Part shown: positions 1 to 11,140 of the stretch, in pieces
Layout of the letters: every line of letters begins with the position of its first letter
Position numbering within the stretch: the first letter of the stretch is position 1
DNA from: Prochlorococcus marinus subsp. pastoris str. CCMP1986
GTDB taxonomy: Bacteria; Cyanobacteriota; Cyanobacteriia; PCC-6307; Cyanobiaceae
Length of the DNA stretch: 32,000 nt
Direction: 5' to 3'
Assembly: GCF_000011465.1 (NCBI RefSeq)
Contig: NC_005072.1
Location: 780,001-812,000 of the forward strand
The notes under the pieces: generated by a model
Database searches by the model: none
Seen by the model: the letters and a program-made list of their open reading frames with translations, nothing else
What the model was told of the DNA's origin: nothing
Translations under genes and position numbers: made by a program

Positions 1-2369
1 TAGCTAGTAAAGCTACAGGCTTCCCCATAGCTAAGATTGCGGCTTTATTATCTGTTGGGTACACACTTGATGAAATTATTAATGATATTACTAAAAAAAC
101 GCCTGCATGCTTTGAACCCTCAATTGATTACGTTGTAACAAAGGTACCAAGATTTGCTTTTGAAAAGTTTAAAGGTTCCTCAAATATTTTAAATACATCA
201 ATGAAATCTGTTGGAGAATCAATGGCAATTGGCCGATCTTTTGAAGAATCTTTTCAAAAAGCTTTGAGATCTTTAGAAATTGGTATTTTCGGTTGGGAGT
301 GTGATTCTATTGAAGATTTTAACAACGATAATGATTTAAAGAATAATTTACAAAACCCAACTGCTGAAAGAATATTAATAGTTAAAAAAGCAATGGAATC
401 TGGTAAGACTAATTCATATATTAATGAAATAACGAATATAGATTTGTGGTTTATTGAGAAGTTACGAAATATTTTTAATTTTCAGAATGAATTTTTAAAA
501 GGGAATGAACTTACTCGAATTGATAGAGATTTAATGTTAAATGCAAAGCAATTGGGCTTTTCAGATCAACAGATTGCAAAATTAACTAACTCTGAATTTT
601 TTGAAGTGAGAAATTATCGAAAAAAATTGAAAGTTTTGCCACTTTACAAAACTGTGGATACTTGCTCAGCTGAATTTTCATCTGAAACTCCTTACCATTA
701 TTCAAGCTATGAAGAAGCTTTTTTACACAATAATTTAAATATAAATGATAATGAAATTTCTGCCGATAATCATAAGCATTTAAAAAAAATTATGATATTG
801 GGAGGTGGACCTAATAGAATTGGCCAAGGTATTGAATTTGATTATTGTTGCTGTCATGCCTCGTATCAAGCTTCAAGTAATGGTTATCAAACGATAATGG
901 TTAATAGCAATCCTGAAACTGTTTCAACCGATTATGATACAAGCGATATTTTATATTTTGAGCCTGTTACTTTGGAAGATGTTCTCAATATAATTGAAGC
1001 TGAAAATCCATATGGATTGATAGTTCAATTTGGAGGACAGACACCTCTTAAGTTGTCTTTGCCTTTATCCAATTGGTTGGAGTCTTATGAAGGTATTAAA
1101 TGTAAATCAAAAATTCTTGGAACATCTCCTCATTCAATTGACATAGCTGAAGATAGAGAAGAATTCACAAAGATTCTTGAAGAATTAAATATAAGACAAC
1201 CGCTCAATGGAATAGCACGTAATGAAAAAGAGGCAATGTTAGTTGCAAATAATATAGGATTCCCTTTAGTCGTAAGGCCCTCTTATGTCTTAGGTGGAAG
1301 AGCTATGGAAATAGTTAAAGATAAAAATGATTTATCTCGATATATAAAAGAGGCCGTTAAAGTTTCACCAGATCATCCGATTCTTTTGGATCAATATTTA
1401 AGTAATGCAATAGAAATTGATGTTGATGCGTTATGTGATAAAACCGGTTCGGTTGTTATCGCAGGTCTTATGGAGCATGTTGAACCTGCAGGAATCCATT
1501 CTGGTGATTCTGCTTGTTGCCTACCTTCAATTTCTTTATCCCAAGAAACAATAGAAACTGTTAAAAAGTGGACAAAATTAATTGCAAATAGATTAAATGT
1601 TGTTGGCTTAATTAATCTACAATTTGCAATTAGAAATCATAGTAATGAAGAAAATCAATTATTTATTCTTGAGGCTAATCCACGAGCATCAAGAACTATA
1701 CCTTTTGTTTCTAAAGCTATCGGTAAACCTGTTGCGAAATTGGCGACTCAATTAATGCAAGGATCCTCTTTAAAAGATATAAATTTTACTAAGGAACTAA
1801 TACCTAAATATCAAGCGGTTAAGGAAGCTGTTTTACCTTTCAAAAGGTTTCCTGGATCTGATGCTTTACTTGGCCCTGAGATGCGTTCAACAGGTGAAGT
1901 AATGGGATTGGCCGATAATTTTGGCCTGGCATATGCAAAATCTGAATTGGCTGCTGGAAATGGCGTCCCTTCTGAGGGTGTTGCTTTTTTATCTACTAAT
2001 GATTTAGATAAAGATAAATTAGAGTATATAGCAAGAGAACTAATAGTTTTAGGTTTTAAATTAGTTGCGACTAAGGGTACTGCTAAATATTTATTTAATT
2101 TGGGAATTGAAGTTGATGAAGTTTTAAAGGTTCATGAAGGAAGACCTAACATTGAAGATTCAATTCGTTCTGGTCTTATACAATTAGTTATCAATACTCC
2201 AGTTGGATCGCAGGCTCTCCATGATGATGCTTATCTCAGAAGAGCATCCTTAGAATATAATATTCCCACTTTCACTACTATTCCTGGAGCAAAAGCAGCT
2301 TTGCAGGCAATTAAATCATTACGGCTAAATAAAATTGATACTTTATCACTTCAGGAAATTCATAATTAA
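1..2369 (+). CDS. carB: Carbamoyl-phosphate synthase large subunit, C-terminal about 790 aa (5' end outside the window)
   Basis: The frame is open from nt 3 (ASKATGFPIAKIAALLSVGYTLDEIINDITKKTPACFEPSIDYVVTKVPRFAFEKF...) and runs into the ORF-track product 201..2369. It shows second ATP-grasp motifs (GGGPNRIGQGIEFDYCC, LEANPRASRTIPF) and an MGS-like C-terminal domain. The Met at 201 is internal, not the start. Confidence 0.95.
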   Translation, partial: ASKATGFPIAKIAALLSVGYTLDEIINDITKKTPACFEPSIDYVVTKVPRFAFEKFKGSSNILNTSMKSVGESMAIGRSFEESFQKALRSLEIGIFGWECDSIEDFNNDNDLKNNLQNPTAERILIVKKAMESGKTNSYINEITNIDLWFIEKLRNIFNFQNEFLKGNELTRIDRDLMLNAKQLGFSDQQIAKLTNSEFFEVRNYRKKLKVLPLYKTVDTCSAEFSSETPYHYSSYEEAFLHNNLNINDNEISADNHKHLKKIMILGGGPNRIGQGIEFDYCCCHASYQASSNGYQTIMVNSNPETVSTDYDTSDILYFEPVTLEDVLNIIEAENPYGLIVQFGGQTPLKLSLPLSNWLESYEGIKCKSKILGTSPHSIDIAEDREEFTKILEELNIRQPLNGIARNEKEAMLVANNIGFPLVVRPSYVLGGRAMEIVKDKNDLSRYIKEAVKVSPDHPILLDQYLSNAIEIDVDALCDKTGSVVIAGLMEHVEPAGIHSGDSACCLPSISLSQETIETVKKWTKLIANRLNVVGLINLQFAIRNHSNEENQLFILEANPRASRTIPFVSKAIGKPVAKLATQLMQGSSLKDINFTKELIPKYQAVKEAVLPFKRFPGSDALLGPEMRSTGEVMGLADNFGLAYAKSELAAGNGVPSEGVAFLSTNDLDKDKLEYIARELIVLGFKLVATKGTAKYLFNLGIEVDEVLKVHEGRPNIEDSIRSGLIQLVINTPVGSQALHDDAYLRRASLEYNIPTFTTIPGAKAALQAIKSLRLNKIDTLSLQEIHN

Positions 2370-2375
2370 TAGAAT

Positions 2376-2594
2376 TTATTCATAATTTTTAAGATTCTCT
2401 CTTAATTGGTTTGTTAGGGAGTTTCTACCAATGGATAACAATTTAAATGTGTCTTCATGCATTTTCAGCTGAGTTTCAGCTATTTGTAATCCTTTAATTA
2501 GTTCTTTTGTTTCACTAGTTAAATCATTAAGATTATATTCCCCTCCCTCAAAAGTTAGGACTGGATTTTTATTTTCAATGTTTTTTTCAGACAT
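2376..2594 (-). CDS. Small conserved hypothetical coiled-coil protein (72 aa from ATG 2594; the ORF track extends it to a TTG at 2627)
   Basis: Open frame directly downstream of the ABC transporter on the same strand. ATG at 2594 gives MSEKNIENKNPVLTFEGGEYNLNDL..., followed by a heptad-like helical C-terminus. No enzymatic motif seen. Confidence 0.6.
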   Translation of the reverse strand: MSEKNIENKNPVLTFEGGEYNLNDLTSETKELIKGLQIAETQLKMHEDTFKLLSIGRNSLTNQLRENLKNYE

Positions 2595-2623
2595 GATTTT
2601 ATCTTTTATTAAATTAAATACAA

Positions 2624-4387
2624 TCAAGTAACCTTTATCAACTGTTTTTCACATAATTCTTTATAAATCCCATCTTTATTGAACAAATCTATATGTTTTC
2701 CACTATCTACAATTTTACCTTTATCAAAAACAACTATTTTATCTGCTCCTTGGGTAGTGGATAATCTGTGAGCAACAATTATAACTGTTCTGTTATTCAT
2801 TGCTTGATTTAGGCCTTTTTGAACTTCTGCTTCTGAATCTGAATCTAATGCACTAGTAGCCTCATCTAATAAAAGAATAGATGGGTTACCTAATATCGCG
2901 CGAGCTATTGCTAATCTTTGAATCTGACCTCCTGAAAAGTTAGATCCTCTTTCGTTTATGTTTGTTTCGTATTTACTTGGGAGTTTAAGAATAAATTCAT
3001 GAGCATTTGCAATCTTGGCAGACTTAATTACATCGTCTTCACTAAAGTCCCTTCCCATTTTTATTACATCAATTATTCTTCCAGAAAATAAAAAAGGTTG
3101 TTGTTGTACTAAGGCAATATTTGATCTTATATCTATTGAGCTTATAGATCTTATGTTTTTGTCATCTATATATATGTCCCCTAATTTAGGGTTTATGAAT
3201 TTTAATATCAAAGACATCATTGTGCTTTTCCCAGCTCCTGATGATCCTACAAATGCAATTACCTGTCCTTTTGAAATTTTTAAAGTGATATCTTGTAAAA
3301 CTTCATTATCCTTTTTATATTCAAAACTAACATGATTGAATTCGATCTTCCCATTTATTCTTGTTATTTTTTCTAAATTTTGCTCATCTTTTTCCATGGG
3401 TTGCATATTTATTTTTTTTAATCTTTTTAATGAAGCCTCTGCTTGCTTATATTCATTAAAGTTTGTACTAATGTGACTAATTGGGTCTATAAGCATTAAT
3501 ATTGCAGCAAAAAAACTGCTAAATTCTTCGCTATTTAAAAGACCTAGGTTAATTCTTAATGCTCCTAAACCTAATATTGCCAATATTCCAAAAGCTTCAA
3601 TAAAACCTACTATTGGATGTTGGATAGCAAGTAATTTAAGTGTCTTATATTTTGCTTGTTTATTACTTCTCAATTTTGTATTGAATCTACCTGTAATCCA
3701 ATTTTCTGCTGCAAATGATCTTATTGTCGAAATTCCGTTTATAGATTCTCCTATTAAACTGGCTAAATCGCTTGTTGATTCTTGACTTTTTTCAGATGCT
3801 ATTAAAACTCTTTTCCCAAAGTTATTTACTGATAAAACAATTATTGGAGCTAAAATAAATGTTGATATTGTCAACGACCAGTCTAAATAAAACATATAGA
3901 TAATTACTGCTAATAATTGCAACAAGCATGGTAATGTATCTTGAAATGTTTTATAAATCACTTCACTGACTCTGTCCGCATCCTCGGTAAGCCTATAAGT
4001 AATATCTCCTGCAGAAATGTTGTTGATAATATTCATTTTTATTTTGTGAATTTTACTAAATAAACTTTGTCTCATTACTTCACTTATTTCTAATGAAGGC
4101 TTGGCAATATAAACATCTTGCCCATATTGAGCAGTTTTTTGAATTAAAAATACAACAAGAGAATTTATTATGATATTAGTTACGGTTGATAATTCTCCAG
4201 ATCCAATAGCGGGTATTAATTTTCCAGCTAAAAAAGCTAATATTGGCCAACATGCTACATAAATTATCATGCATATAAAACCTTTAATAAATCTATTAAT
4301 ATAAGGAGTGATTGATGGAATTAATTGCAAGATATTATTTTTGATTACTTCTTTTACTCTATCAATAGCTGTGGATTTATAAAACAA
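2624..4387 (-). CDS. ABC exporter, fused permease and ATP-binding protein (MsbA/MdlB-like)
   Basis: Six-TM N-terminal half followed by Walker A GSSGAGKST, signature FSGGQIQRLAIARA and Walker B LLLDEATSALD. The start is uncertain. There is no in-frame ATG before 4270, and candidate TTG starts lie at 4444, 4387 and 4330. I chose 4387 because 4388..4444 would overlap the divergent S4 gene. Confidence 0.85.
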   Translation of the reverse strand: MFYKSTAIDRVKEVIKNNILQLIPSITPYINRFIKGFICMIIYVACWPILAFLAGKLIPAIGSGELSTVTNIIINSLVVFLIQKTAQYGQDVYIAKPSLEISEVMRQSLFSKIHKIKMNIINNISAGDITYRLTEDADRVSEVIYKTFQDTLPCLLQLLAVIIYMFYLDWSLTISTFILAPIIVLSVNNFGKRVLIASEKSQESTSDLASLIGESINGISTIRSFAAENWITGRFNTKLRSNKQAKYKTLKLLAIQHPIVGFIEAFGILAILGLGALRINLGLLNSEEFSSFFAAILMLIDPISHISTNFNEYKQAEASLKRLKKINMQPMEKDEQNLEKITRINGKIEFNHVSFEYKKDNEVLQDITLKISKGQVIAFVGSSGAGKSTMMSLILKFINPKLGDIYIDDKNIRSISSIDIRSNIALVQQQPFLFSGRIIDVIKMGRDFSEDDVIKSAKIANAHEFILKLPSKYETNINERGSNFSGGQIQRLAIARAILGNPSILLLDEATSALDSDSEAEVQKGLNQAMNNRTVIIVAHRLSTTQGADKIVVFDKGKIVDSGKHIDLFNKDGIYKELCEKQLIKVT

Positions 4388-4563
4388 TGAAATTAAATCA
4401 ATTTTTAAAATGGCATAACATTGTTTCTTCTGGTGGTGAGGCAAAAATTCTCATAAATTCTGGTCAGATAAAAGTTAATGGAGAAATAGAGAAAAAAAGA
4501 GGAAGAAAATTAGTTAAAGGAGATAAAGTTATGTTTCTAAAAAGTGAATTAATTTTTGAATGA
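4387..4563 (+). CDS. S4-domain RNA-binding protein, YbcJ-like (58 aa)
   Basis: Not in the ORF track (below its size cutoff). ATG 4387 to TGA 4561-4563 gives MKLNQFLKWHNIVSSGGEAKILINSGQIKVNGEIEKKRGRKLVKGDKVMFLKSELIFE. This matches the YbcJ-type S4 pattern L..fLK....SGGeAK..I..G.v.VNGe.E.rRGrKL..GD.V. Confidence 0.75.
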   Translation: MKLNQFLKWHNIVSSGGEAKILINSGQIKVNGEIEKKRGRKLVKGDKVMFLKSELIFE

Positions 4564-4614
4564 TTAGCCTAAAAACCCAGGTTATATTAGTATATTTTTC
4601 TTAGACAACATATT

Positions 4615-5340
4615 TTGAGAAAATCTGTAATCGCTGGGAATTGGAAGATGCACATGACTTGTGCTGACACAAAAAAATATTTGGAAGAATTTCTTCCTCT
4701 TATTGAAGAAATTCCTAATGACAGAAAAATAGTAATTGCTCCTCCCTTTACAGCTATTTCTACTTTTTCTAATTATACAAACTTTGATTATTTAAATATT
4801 GCAAGTCAAAATATCCATTGGGAAGATAAAGGTGCTTTTACTGCAGAAATCTCCCCCAATATGCTTATTGAACACAAAGTAAAATATGCAATTGTTGGTC
4901 ATAGTGAACCTCGGAAATACTTTAGTGAAAGTGATGAACAAATTAATAAAAGAGCTGTCTTTGCTCAATCAAGTGGACTAACTCCAATAGTTTGTGTCGG
5001 TGAAACTCTTGAACAAAGAGAAAGAGGTGAAGCCGATAGGGTCATCACCAGACAAGTTGAACAGGGATTAGAGAATACTGATCCATCTAATCTTATAGTT
5101 GCTTATGAACCTATATGGGCAATTGGTACAGGTAAAACTTGTGAAGCAAGTGACGCAAACAAGATATGTGCTTTGATAAGGAGTTTGATTGGTTTTAGTG
5201 ACGTAATCATCCAATATGGAGGTTCTGTTAAACCAAATAATATTGATGAGATCATGTCAATGAGTGATATTGATGGTGTCTTGGTAGGTGGTTCTTCTTT
5301 AGATCCTATAAGTTTTTCAAGAATTGCAAATTTCGAATAA
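4615..5340 (+). CDS. tpiA: Triosephosphate isomerase
   Basis: TTG start at 4615 gives [13 protein letters not shown]. Catalytic motifs are present: IVGHSERR-like [21 protein letters not shown] and GGS.K. Length is 241 aa. Confidence 0.93.
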   Translation: MRKSVIAGNWKMHMTCADTKKYLEEFLPLIEEIPNDRKIVIAPPFTAISTFSNYTNFDYLNIASQNIHWEDKGAFTAEISPNMLIEHKVKYAIVGHSEPRKYFSESDEQINKRAVFAQSSGLTPIVCVGETLEQRERGEADRVITRQVEQGLENTDPSNLIVAYEPIWAIGTGKTCEASDANKICALIRSLIGFSDVIIQYGGSVKPNNIDEIMSMSDIDGVLVGGSSLDPISFSRIANFE

Positions 5341-6166
5341 TAACTACCCTTGGCCTGATGATTGGGGGAGGAAAACCTCCATAATGGGGATTATTAATTT
5401 AACTCCAGATTCATTTAGTGATGGAGGTGATTTTTGTTCCATAGAAAAAGTTTTAAATCAAGTAAATTATTTTGTTTCAAATGGAGTTGATGTAATTGAT
5501 CTTGGTGCACAAAGTACTAGACCCGGAGCGATAGAAATTGGAGCGAAAAATGAATCAAAAAGATTAATACCATATTTAAAAAAAATTAGAAGTGAATATC
5601 CCAATATTCTTATTTCTATTGATACTTTTAATTCTGAGGTTGCTCATGAAGCTCTCTCAAATGGTGCTAATTGGATTAATGATGTCACAGGTGGAAGAAG
5701 GGATGAGGAGATTTTAGATGTTGTCTCAGAATTTAATTGTCCTTTCGTAATTACTCATAGTCGCGGAAATAGCATAACCATGAATAATTTGACAAATTAT
5801 GATGATTTTTTAGTTGATATTATTCATTCTCTTGAAAGTTTGACAAAAAAAGCTCTAAACAAAAATGTTAGTAAGGATAAAATAATTTGGGATCCAGGTA
5901 TTGGATTTTCAAAGGACACTAAACAGAACATAGAAATCCTAAGAAACGTACCTCTTTTAAAGAATTTTGAATTTCCACTCCTAATTGGGGCCTCAAGAAA
6001 AAGATTTATTGGAGAAATCTTAAATCAACCTAATCCCAAAGAAAGAGATATAGGAACACTAGCTATTAGTTGTCTTTGTTCTCAACAAAAAATTCACTTA
6101 GTAAGAGTTCATAATGTAAAAATCAATTATCAAGTTTTAAAAGTCGCAGATCACATATTTAGATAA
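5324..6166 (+). CDS. folP: Dihydropteroate synthase
   Basis: Motifs [33 protein letters not shown] and GASRKRFIG. The ORF-track start is a TTG at 5324, overlapping the tpiA 3' end by 17 nt. An alternative ATG lies at 5384. Confidence 0.9.
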   Translation: MQISNNNYPWPDDWGRKTSIMGIINLTPDSFSDGGDFCSIEKVLNQVNYFVSNGVDVIDLGAQSTRPGAIEIGAKNESKRLIPYLKKIRSEYPNILISIDTFNSEVAHEALSNGANWINDVTGGRRDEEILDVVSEFNCPFVITHSRGNSITMNNLTNYDDFLVDIIHSLESLTKKALNKNVSKDKIIWDPGIGFSKDTKQNIEILRNVPLLKNFEFPLLIGASRKRFIGEILNQPNPKERDIGTLAISCLCSQQKIHLVRVHNVKINYQVLKVADHIFR

Positions 6167-6181
6167 AGAAATTAATTTTTT

Positions 6182-9100
6182 CTATTTAACTCCCTCAATT
6201 TTATCCTCTACTTCTTGATAAAGTTCTTTAAGTTGCTCTATATTTTCATCGGATGTTTCCCAATAACCTCTCCCATTTACTTCGAGCAATGTTCCTACTA
6301 TTCTTCTGAAACTATTAGGATTTAAATCCATAAGCCTTTTTCTCATTTCTTCATCATTAATGAATGTTTCATTAGTTTCTTCATAAACAAAGTTATCTAC
6401 TTGGCCACTTGTTGCACTCCATCCAAGTGTGTAGTTAAGTCTATTAGAAAGTTCTCTAACTCCTTCATATCCTGACTTAAGCATTCCTTCGTACCATTTT
6501 GGATTCAAAAGCTTAGTTCTAGAATCTAGTCTTATTGTTTCACCTAATGTCCTGACTTGAGCATTAGATGTAGTTGTGTCTGCAATGTAACTACTTGGTT
6601 CTTTCCCATCATCCCTTAACGTTTTTATTAATTTAGTAGGATCAGAATCAAAATAATGGCTGACATCAGTTAGAGAGATTTCAGAAGAGTCAAGGTTTTG
6701 AAATGTTACATCAGCAGTTTTCATGACAGACTCGAATACATCCCTTTTTTGATTCATTTCTCCTGGGTTATCAGCATTAAAAGCATAAGTTTTTCTTGAT
6801 AAATACATTTCTTGCAATTCATTTTCTTCCTCCCAGGTTGAATTTTCTACAGCTAAATTGACATTTGAACTATAGCTGCCGCTAGCATTTGAAAATACTC
6901 TTGCTGAAGCCTCCCTTATTGAGGTACCCTCTTTATCAGCTTGTTCTAATGAATGTTTTCTTACAAAGTTGGACTCTAATGGTTCTTCTGCTTCTGCGGC
7001 TAATTTTACGGCCTGATCAATAAGTGCCATTTGGTTTATAAATAAATCCCTAAAAACTCCAGAGCAATTTACAACCACATCAATTCTTGGTCTACCAAGT
7101 TCCTCTAACGGGATAAGTTCTAATTTATTTATTCGACCAACAGAATCAGGTTTTGGTTTGACTCCTACAAACCATAAAATTTGAGCTAGAGATTCACCAT
7201 AAGTTTTGATATTGTCAGTACCCCATAAAACACAAGCTATTGTTTCAGGCCAAGTTCCTTGCTCTTCTTTTTGTCTTTCAATTAATTTGTCTACTACAGA
7301 TTTAGCTGCAGCTACTGCTGCAGTAGTAGGAATTGATTGTGGATCAAGTGCATGAATATTTTTACCACTTGGTAAAACGCTTGGGTTCCTAATAGGATCT
7401 CCTCCAGGGCCAGGTAATACATAATTTCCATCCAAGGCTTTTATGAGGCTATCCATTTCTTTGTCTGCACATACCTGTTCAAGGCAGAACAATAAATAGT
7501 CAAATAATTTATTTAATTCTTTTTGATTTATTTCATTAAATCCATTTAATCTACATACTCTCAGCCAAGGGGTAGGTAAATTTAAACCAAATATCTTCAA
7601 GAAATCTAATAGTTTTGAAAATAGTGATTTCTCCAAATAGACCCTTCCGTTAACAATTTTTAGACTATTAACCATTGCAAATATGCATTCTCTGGCAGTT
7701 TTTATAATTTTTTCATTTAGTTCAACAAACTTAAGTTCTCCCTTATTATTACCGTCGTAAACTTCATCAATTTTTAAATTTATTGATTCTGCTAATAAAC
7801 CTGGTAAGGATCTAAGACCTTCTTGTTCTCTTTCTAACGAAGCTATGTTTACTAAGGTGGCAACGGCTTCCTCCGCAGTAGGAGCCTCTCCAATTGTATG
7901 GAGTCCACATGGCAATAATCTACTTTCTATCTCCATTAATTGCTTATATATATTCCCTACAAACAGATCTCTATCTTCAATAGTTAGTTCCTCAACCTCA
8001 CCAATAGGGAGTTCTACATCTTTATCGAGATTACATTGCTTTGAAGTCTCTACTATTGCATTAACAATTTGAATACCTCTACTACTTTCTCTGAGTTGTT
8101 GATAAGAACCTACAAGCTCGCTCAATTCTTTAAGTCCCTTATAAAGACCAGCATTTTCAGCTGGAGGAGTTAGGTAACTTATTGTTGATGCGTAACCTCT
8201 TCTTTTTGCAATTGTTGCTTCTGATGGATTATTTGCTGCGTAATAATATAAATTTGGCAGAGATCCTATTAAAGAATCTGGGTAGCAAGTTTCACTCATA
8301 CCCATTTGTTTCCCAGGCATAAATTCAAGTGAACCGTGTGTTCCAAAATGTAGAACTGCATCAGCTCCCCATATTTTTTCTACGTATGTGTAATAAGCGG
8401 CAAATCCATGGTGAGGACTAGCACTTCTTGAGTAAAGTAATCTCATTGGATCTCCTTCATATCCAAATGTTGGTTGCACTCCTATAAATACATTTCCAAA
8501 ATGTTTTCCGTAAACAAGTAAATTTTGTCCATCGCTGTTCAAGTTTCCAGGAGGTTTACCCCAGTTTTCTTCTAATCTCTTTGAATAAGGTGTAAATTCC
8601 TCATATTCTTTTACAGTCATCTTATGAGCAATATTTAATTCAGGAGAACCATCCATAGCCTCTGGATTATTAATTACTTTCTCCATTAATTCTTTGGAGT
8701 TTTTAGGGAGATCATCAATTTGATACCCTTTAGCTTTCATTTCTAAAAGAACTCTATAAATAGAACCAAATACATTCAAATATGCTGCTGTTCCAACATT
8801 TCCTTTGTCAGGTGGAAAACTAAATACAGTTATCGCTAACTTTTTCTCATCCCTTTTTTTTACCCTAAGAGTGGACCACTTTATTGCTCTTTCAACAATG
8901 ACATCTACTCTGTCTTGGAGAGTATGGGCTTTACCAGTAGCATCATCACGACCTGAAAGAATAATTGGTTCAATAGCTCCGTCTAATTCTGGTATCGCAA
9001 TTTGGAGTGCAACTTGAACAGGGTGTAATCCTAAATCACTTTCCTCCCATTCTTGAGTTGTTTGAAATACTAATGGTAATGCAACCATATATGGTCTATT

Positions 9101-10189
9101 TAGCTTTTTCAGTGCATCAATGGCTTTTGGATGATCTTGTCTTGCAGGACCACCTACCAATGCAAATCCTGTTAAAGATACAACCCCATCAACTATTGCT
9201 CTTTCCTTATCATTTGAATGATAATAAAATTCATCTACTGGTTTAGAAAAATCTAATCCGCCACAGAAAATAGGTAAAACACGAGCTCCTCGATATTCTA
9301 ATTCTTGTATTACGGCTACATAATGAGCATCATCACCTGTAACTATGTGACTTCTTTGTAGAACTAATCCAATAGTTGGAGTTTTATCATCTTTTGGTTT
9401 TATATCTTTTCTATTTTTTTCCCAATTTTGATATTCATTTAAACTTTCAAACATATTTGGCGCTAACGGATGCCATATACCTAAATCTGGAAAAGTTTCA
9501 GGATCTTGTATTTTAAATTCTTCTAACTGATCTTTTATATTTTCTGACACTACATATTTTTCTGAGATCATTAATAAGAAGTTCTTCAGATTTTCTGTAG
9601 TTCCGCCAAGCCAATATTGAAAACTTAATATAAATGTTCTTGCATCTTGTGCTTTTTCTACAGGTAAATATTTGAGTATTGAAGGTAAGGTATTTAGTAG
9701 CTTCAACATTGAATCTTGGAAACTAGCACCATCAGATTCTTTTTTCTTTTTAATAAGATCTCCGATAATACTTTTAGATTGTCCAAGTTGAGCCATGCTA
9801 AATGAACCCAATTTATTTAATCTCATCACCTCAGGCATTGAGGGAAAAATTATAGAGGCTTTAAGATTCTCTTTATATGGGGTAACTGCATCTACAACTT
9901 TTTGTGCTAAATCTTCTATAAATATTAGGGAGGCAACAAAAATATCGGCACTAGCTATATCAATTTTAAAATCTTCGAAATTTTTATCGTTTCTAAGTTC
10001 TTCTATAAGATATCCGCTGAGATCTATCCCTATAGGGCCATTGGTTTCATTTATTGATTTTGCAGCTTCTGTTAAGGAGTTTTGATATTGTGGCTCAAGG
10101 ACAACATAAACTGCTTTTATTACAATTTTATGTTTGTTATCCTCAACAGGAGAAACTCTGCGATTTGCTGAGCGGACCTGCGTAAACAT
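6182..10189 (-). CDS. chlH: Magnesium chelatase subunit H (1335 aa)
   Basis: Full-length CobN/ChlH architecture. The N-terminus reads [32 protein letters not shown], typical of cyanobacterial ChlH. Size and end-to-end conservation fit. Confidence 0.95.
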   Translation of the reverse strand: MFTQVRSANRRVSPVEDNKHKIVIKAVYVVLEPQYQNSLTEAAKSINETNGPIGIDLSGYLIEELRNDKNFEDFKIDIASADIFVASLIFIEDLAQKVVDAVTPYKENLKASIIFPSMPEVMRLNKLGSFSMAQLGQSKSIIGDLIKKKKESDGASFQDSMLKLLNTLPSILKYLPVEKAQDARTFILSFQYWLGGTTENLKNFLLMISEKYVVSENIKDQLEEFKIQDPETFPDLGIWHPLAPNMFESLNEYQNWEKNRKDIKPKDDKTPTIGLVLQRSHIVTGDDAHYVAVIQELEYRGARVLPIFCGGLDFSKPVDEFYYHSNDKERAIVDGVVSLTGFALVGGPARQDHPKAIDALKKLNRPYMVALPLVFQTTQEWEESDLGLHPVQVALQIAIPELDGAIEPIILSGRDDATGKAHTLQDRVDVIVERAIKWSTLRVKKRDEKKLAITVFSFPPDKGNVGTAAYLNVFGSIYRVLLEMKAKGYQIDDLPKNSKELMEKVINNPEAMDGSPELNIAHKMTVKEYEEFTPYSKRLEENWGKPPGNLNSDGQNLLVYGKHFGNVFIGVQPTFGYEGDPMRLLYSRSASPHHGFAAYYTYVEKIWGADAVLHFGTHGSLEFMPGKQMGMSETCYPDSLIGSLPNLYYYAANNPSEATIAKRRGYASTISYLTPPAENAGLYKGLKELSELVGSYQQLRESSRGIQIVNAIVETSKQCNLDKDVELPIGEVEELTIEDRDLFVGNIYKQLMEIESRLLPCGLHTIGEAPTAEEAVATLVNIASLEREQEGLRSLPGLLAESINLKIDEVYDGNNKGELKFVELNEKIIKTARECIFAMVNSLKIVNGRVYLEKSLFSKLLDFLKIFGLNLPTPWLRVCRLNGFNEINQKELNKLFDYLLFCLEQVCADKEMDSLIKALDGNYVLPGPGGDPIRNPSVLPSGKNIHALDPQSIPTTAAVAAAKSVVDKLIERQKEEQGTWPETIACVLWGTDNIKTYGESLAQILWFVGVKPKPDSVGRINKLELIPLEELGRPRIDVVVNCSGVFRDLFINQMALIDQAVKLAAEAEEPLESNFVRKHSLEQADKEGTSIREASARVFSNASGSYSSNVNLAVENSTWEEENELQEMYLSRKTYAFNADNPGEMNQKRDVFESVMKTADVTFQNLDSSEISLTDVSHYFDSDPTKLIKTLRDDGKEPSSYIADTTTSNAQVRTLGETIRLDSRTKLLNPKWYEGMLKSGYEGVRELSNRLNYTLGWSATSGQVDNFVYEETNETFINDEEMRKRLMDLNPNSFRRIVGTLLEVNGRGYWETSDENIEQLKELYQEVEDKIEGVK

Positions 10190-10291
10190 TGATTTTCTTT
10201 AAGTATTTTTACCAGCCTACGGGTGAATTGCCGTTATTGTGTGCAATATAAATAGCGTGTAACAACCTTTAAAAAAATTTTTTAATTAAAA

Positions 10292-11140
10292 ATGATCAAA
10301 AATTCTAAAAAAACTACACCTGTACTTGTTTCTGGTGCATTAGGCAGAATGGGAAGTGAGGTTGTTAATTCCGTCCTAAATTCTTCTGATTGTGAACTTG
10401 TTGCAGCAATTGATACAAATAAAAAAAATAATGGTGAAAACATTTCACAATTGTTAAATCTTAAAAAAAGTGATGTTCTTGTCTCAAATGATCTTGAGGG
10501 ATCTTTATGTTCAATAAGTCAAGATTATCGAAATGAGAAAATTAAGCCAGTATTAGTTGACTTTACTCATCCTGATTCTGTTTATGAAAATACTAGATCT
10601 GCAATTGCTTATGGGATATCGCCAGTTGTAGGGACTACAGGCCTTACTCCCTCCCAAATAAATGATTTGGCTATTTTTGCTCAAAAAGCAAACATCGGTT
10701 GTGCAATAATTCCAAATTTTTCTGTAGGAATGGTTCTTCTTCAACAAGCTGCTTCTGTAGCAGCAAAGTTTTACGATAATATTGAATTAATAGAAATGCA
10801 TCACAATCAAAAAGCAGATTCTCCTAGTGGAACCTGTATTAAAACTGCTGAAATGATTGAAGAATATCCAAAAAAATATAATCAAAGCTTAGTTGAGGAA
10901 TCTGAATCATTAAAAGGTGTAAGAGGAGGTGTTAGAGATTCAGGCCTAAATATTCATTCAATAAGATTGCCTGGGCTTTTGGCTCATCAGGTAGTTATTA
11001 TGGGTTCTCCTGGAGAAACTTACACAATTAAACATGACACGATTGATAGAAAAGCTTATATGCCTGGCGTTTTGCAGGCAATAAGAAAAATAGGTAAATT
11101 TAATTCGTTAATTTATGGACTTGAAAAATTAATATTCTAA
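10292..11140 (+). CDS. dapB: 4-hydroxy-tetrahydrodipicolinate reductase
   Basis: N-terminal Rossmann motif [14 protein letters not shown], plus the [17 protein letters not shown] and HSIRLPG motifs characteristic of DapB. Confidence 0.92.

Noticed and set aside
3015-3335. A 106-aa plus-strand ORF inside the ABC transporter gene
   Set aside because: It is antisense to the Walker A/NBD region of a clearly conserved gene. The sequence is implausible (CCC run, low complexity), typical of a shadow frame.
4388-4444. The 5' extension of the ABC transporter ORF to the TTG at 4444 (MPHHQKKQCYAILKIDLIS...)
   Set aside because: This segment is antisense to the well-supported S4-domain gene start and is not hydrophobic or transporter-like. 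A downstream TTG (4387 or 4330) is more plausible. It is kept as an uncertainty rather than a feature.
7845-10085. Four plus-strand ORFs (7845..8072, 8805..9017, 9007..9246, 9795..10085) within chlH
   Set aside because: All are antisense to an end-to-end conserved 1335-aa ChlH. They are short, have no recognisable motifs, and are explained by codon-bias shadowing.
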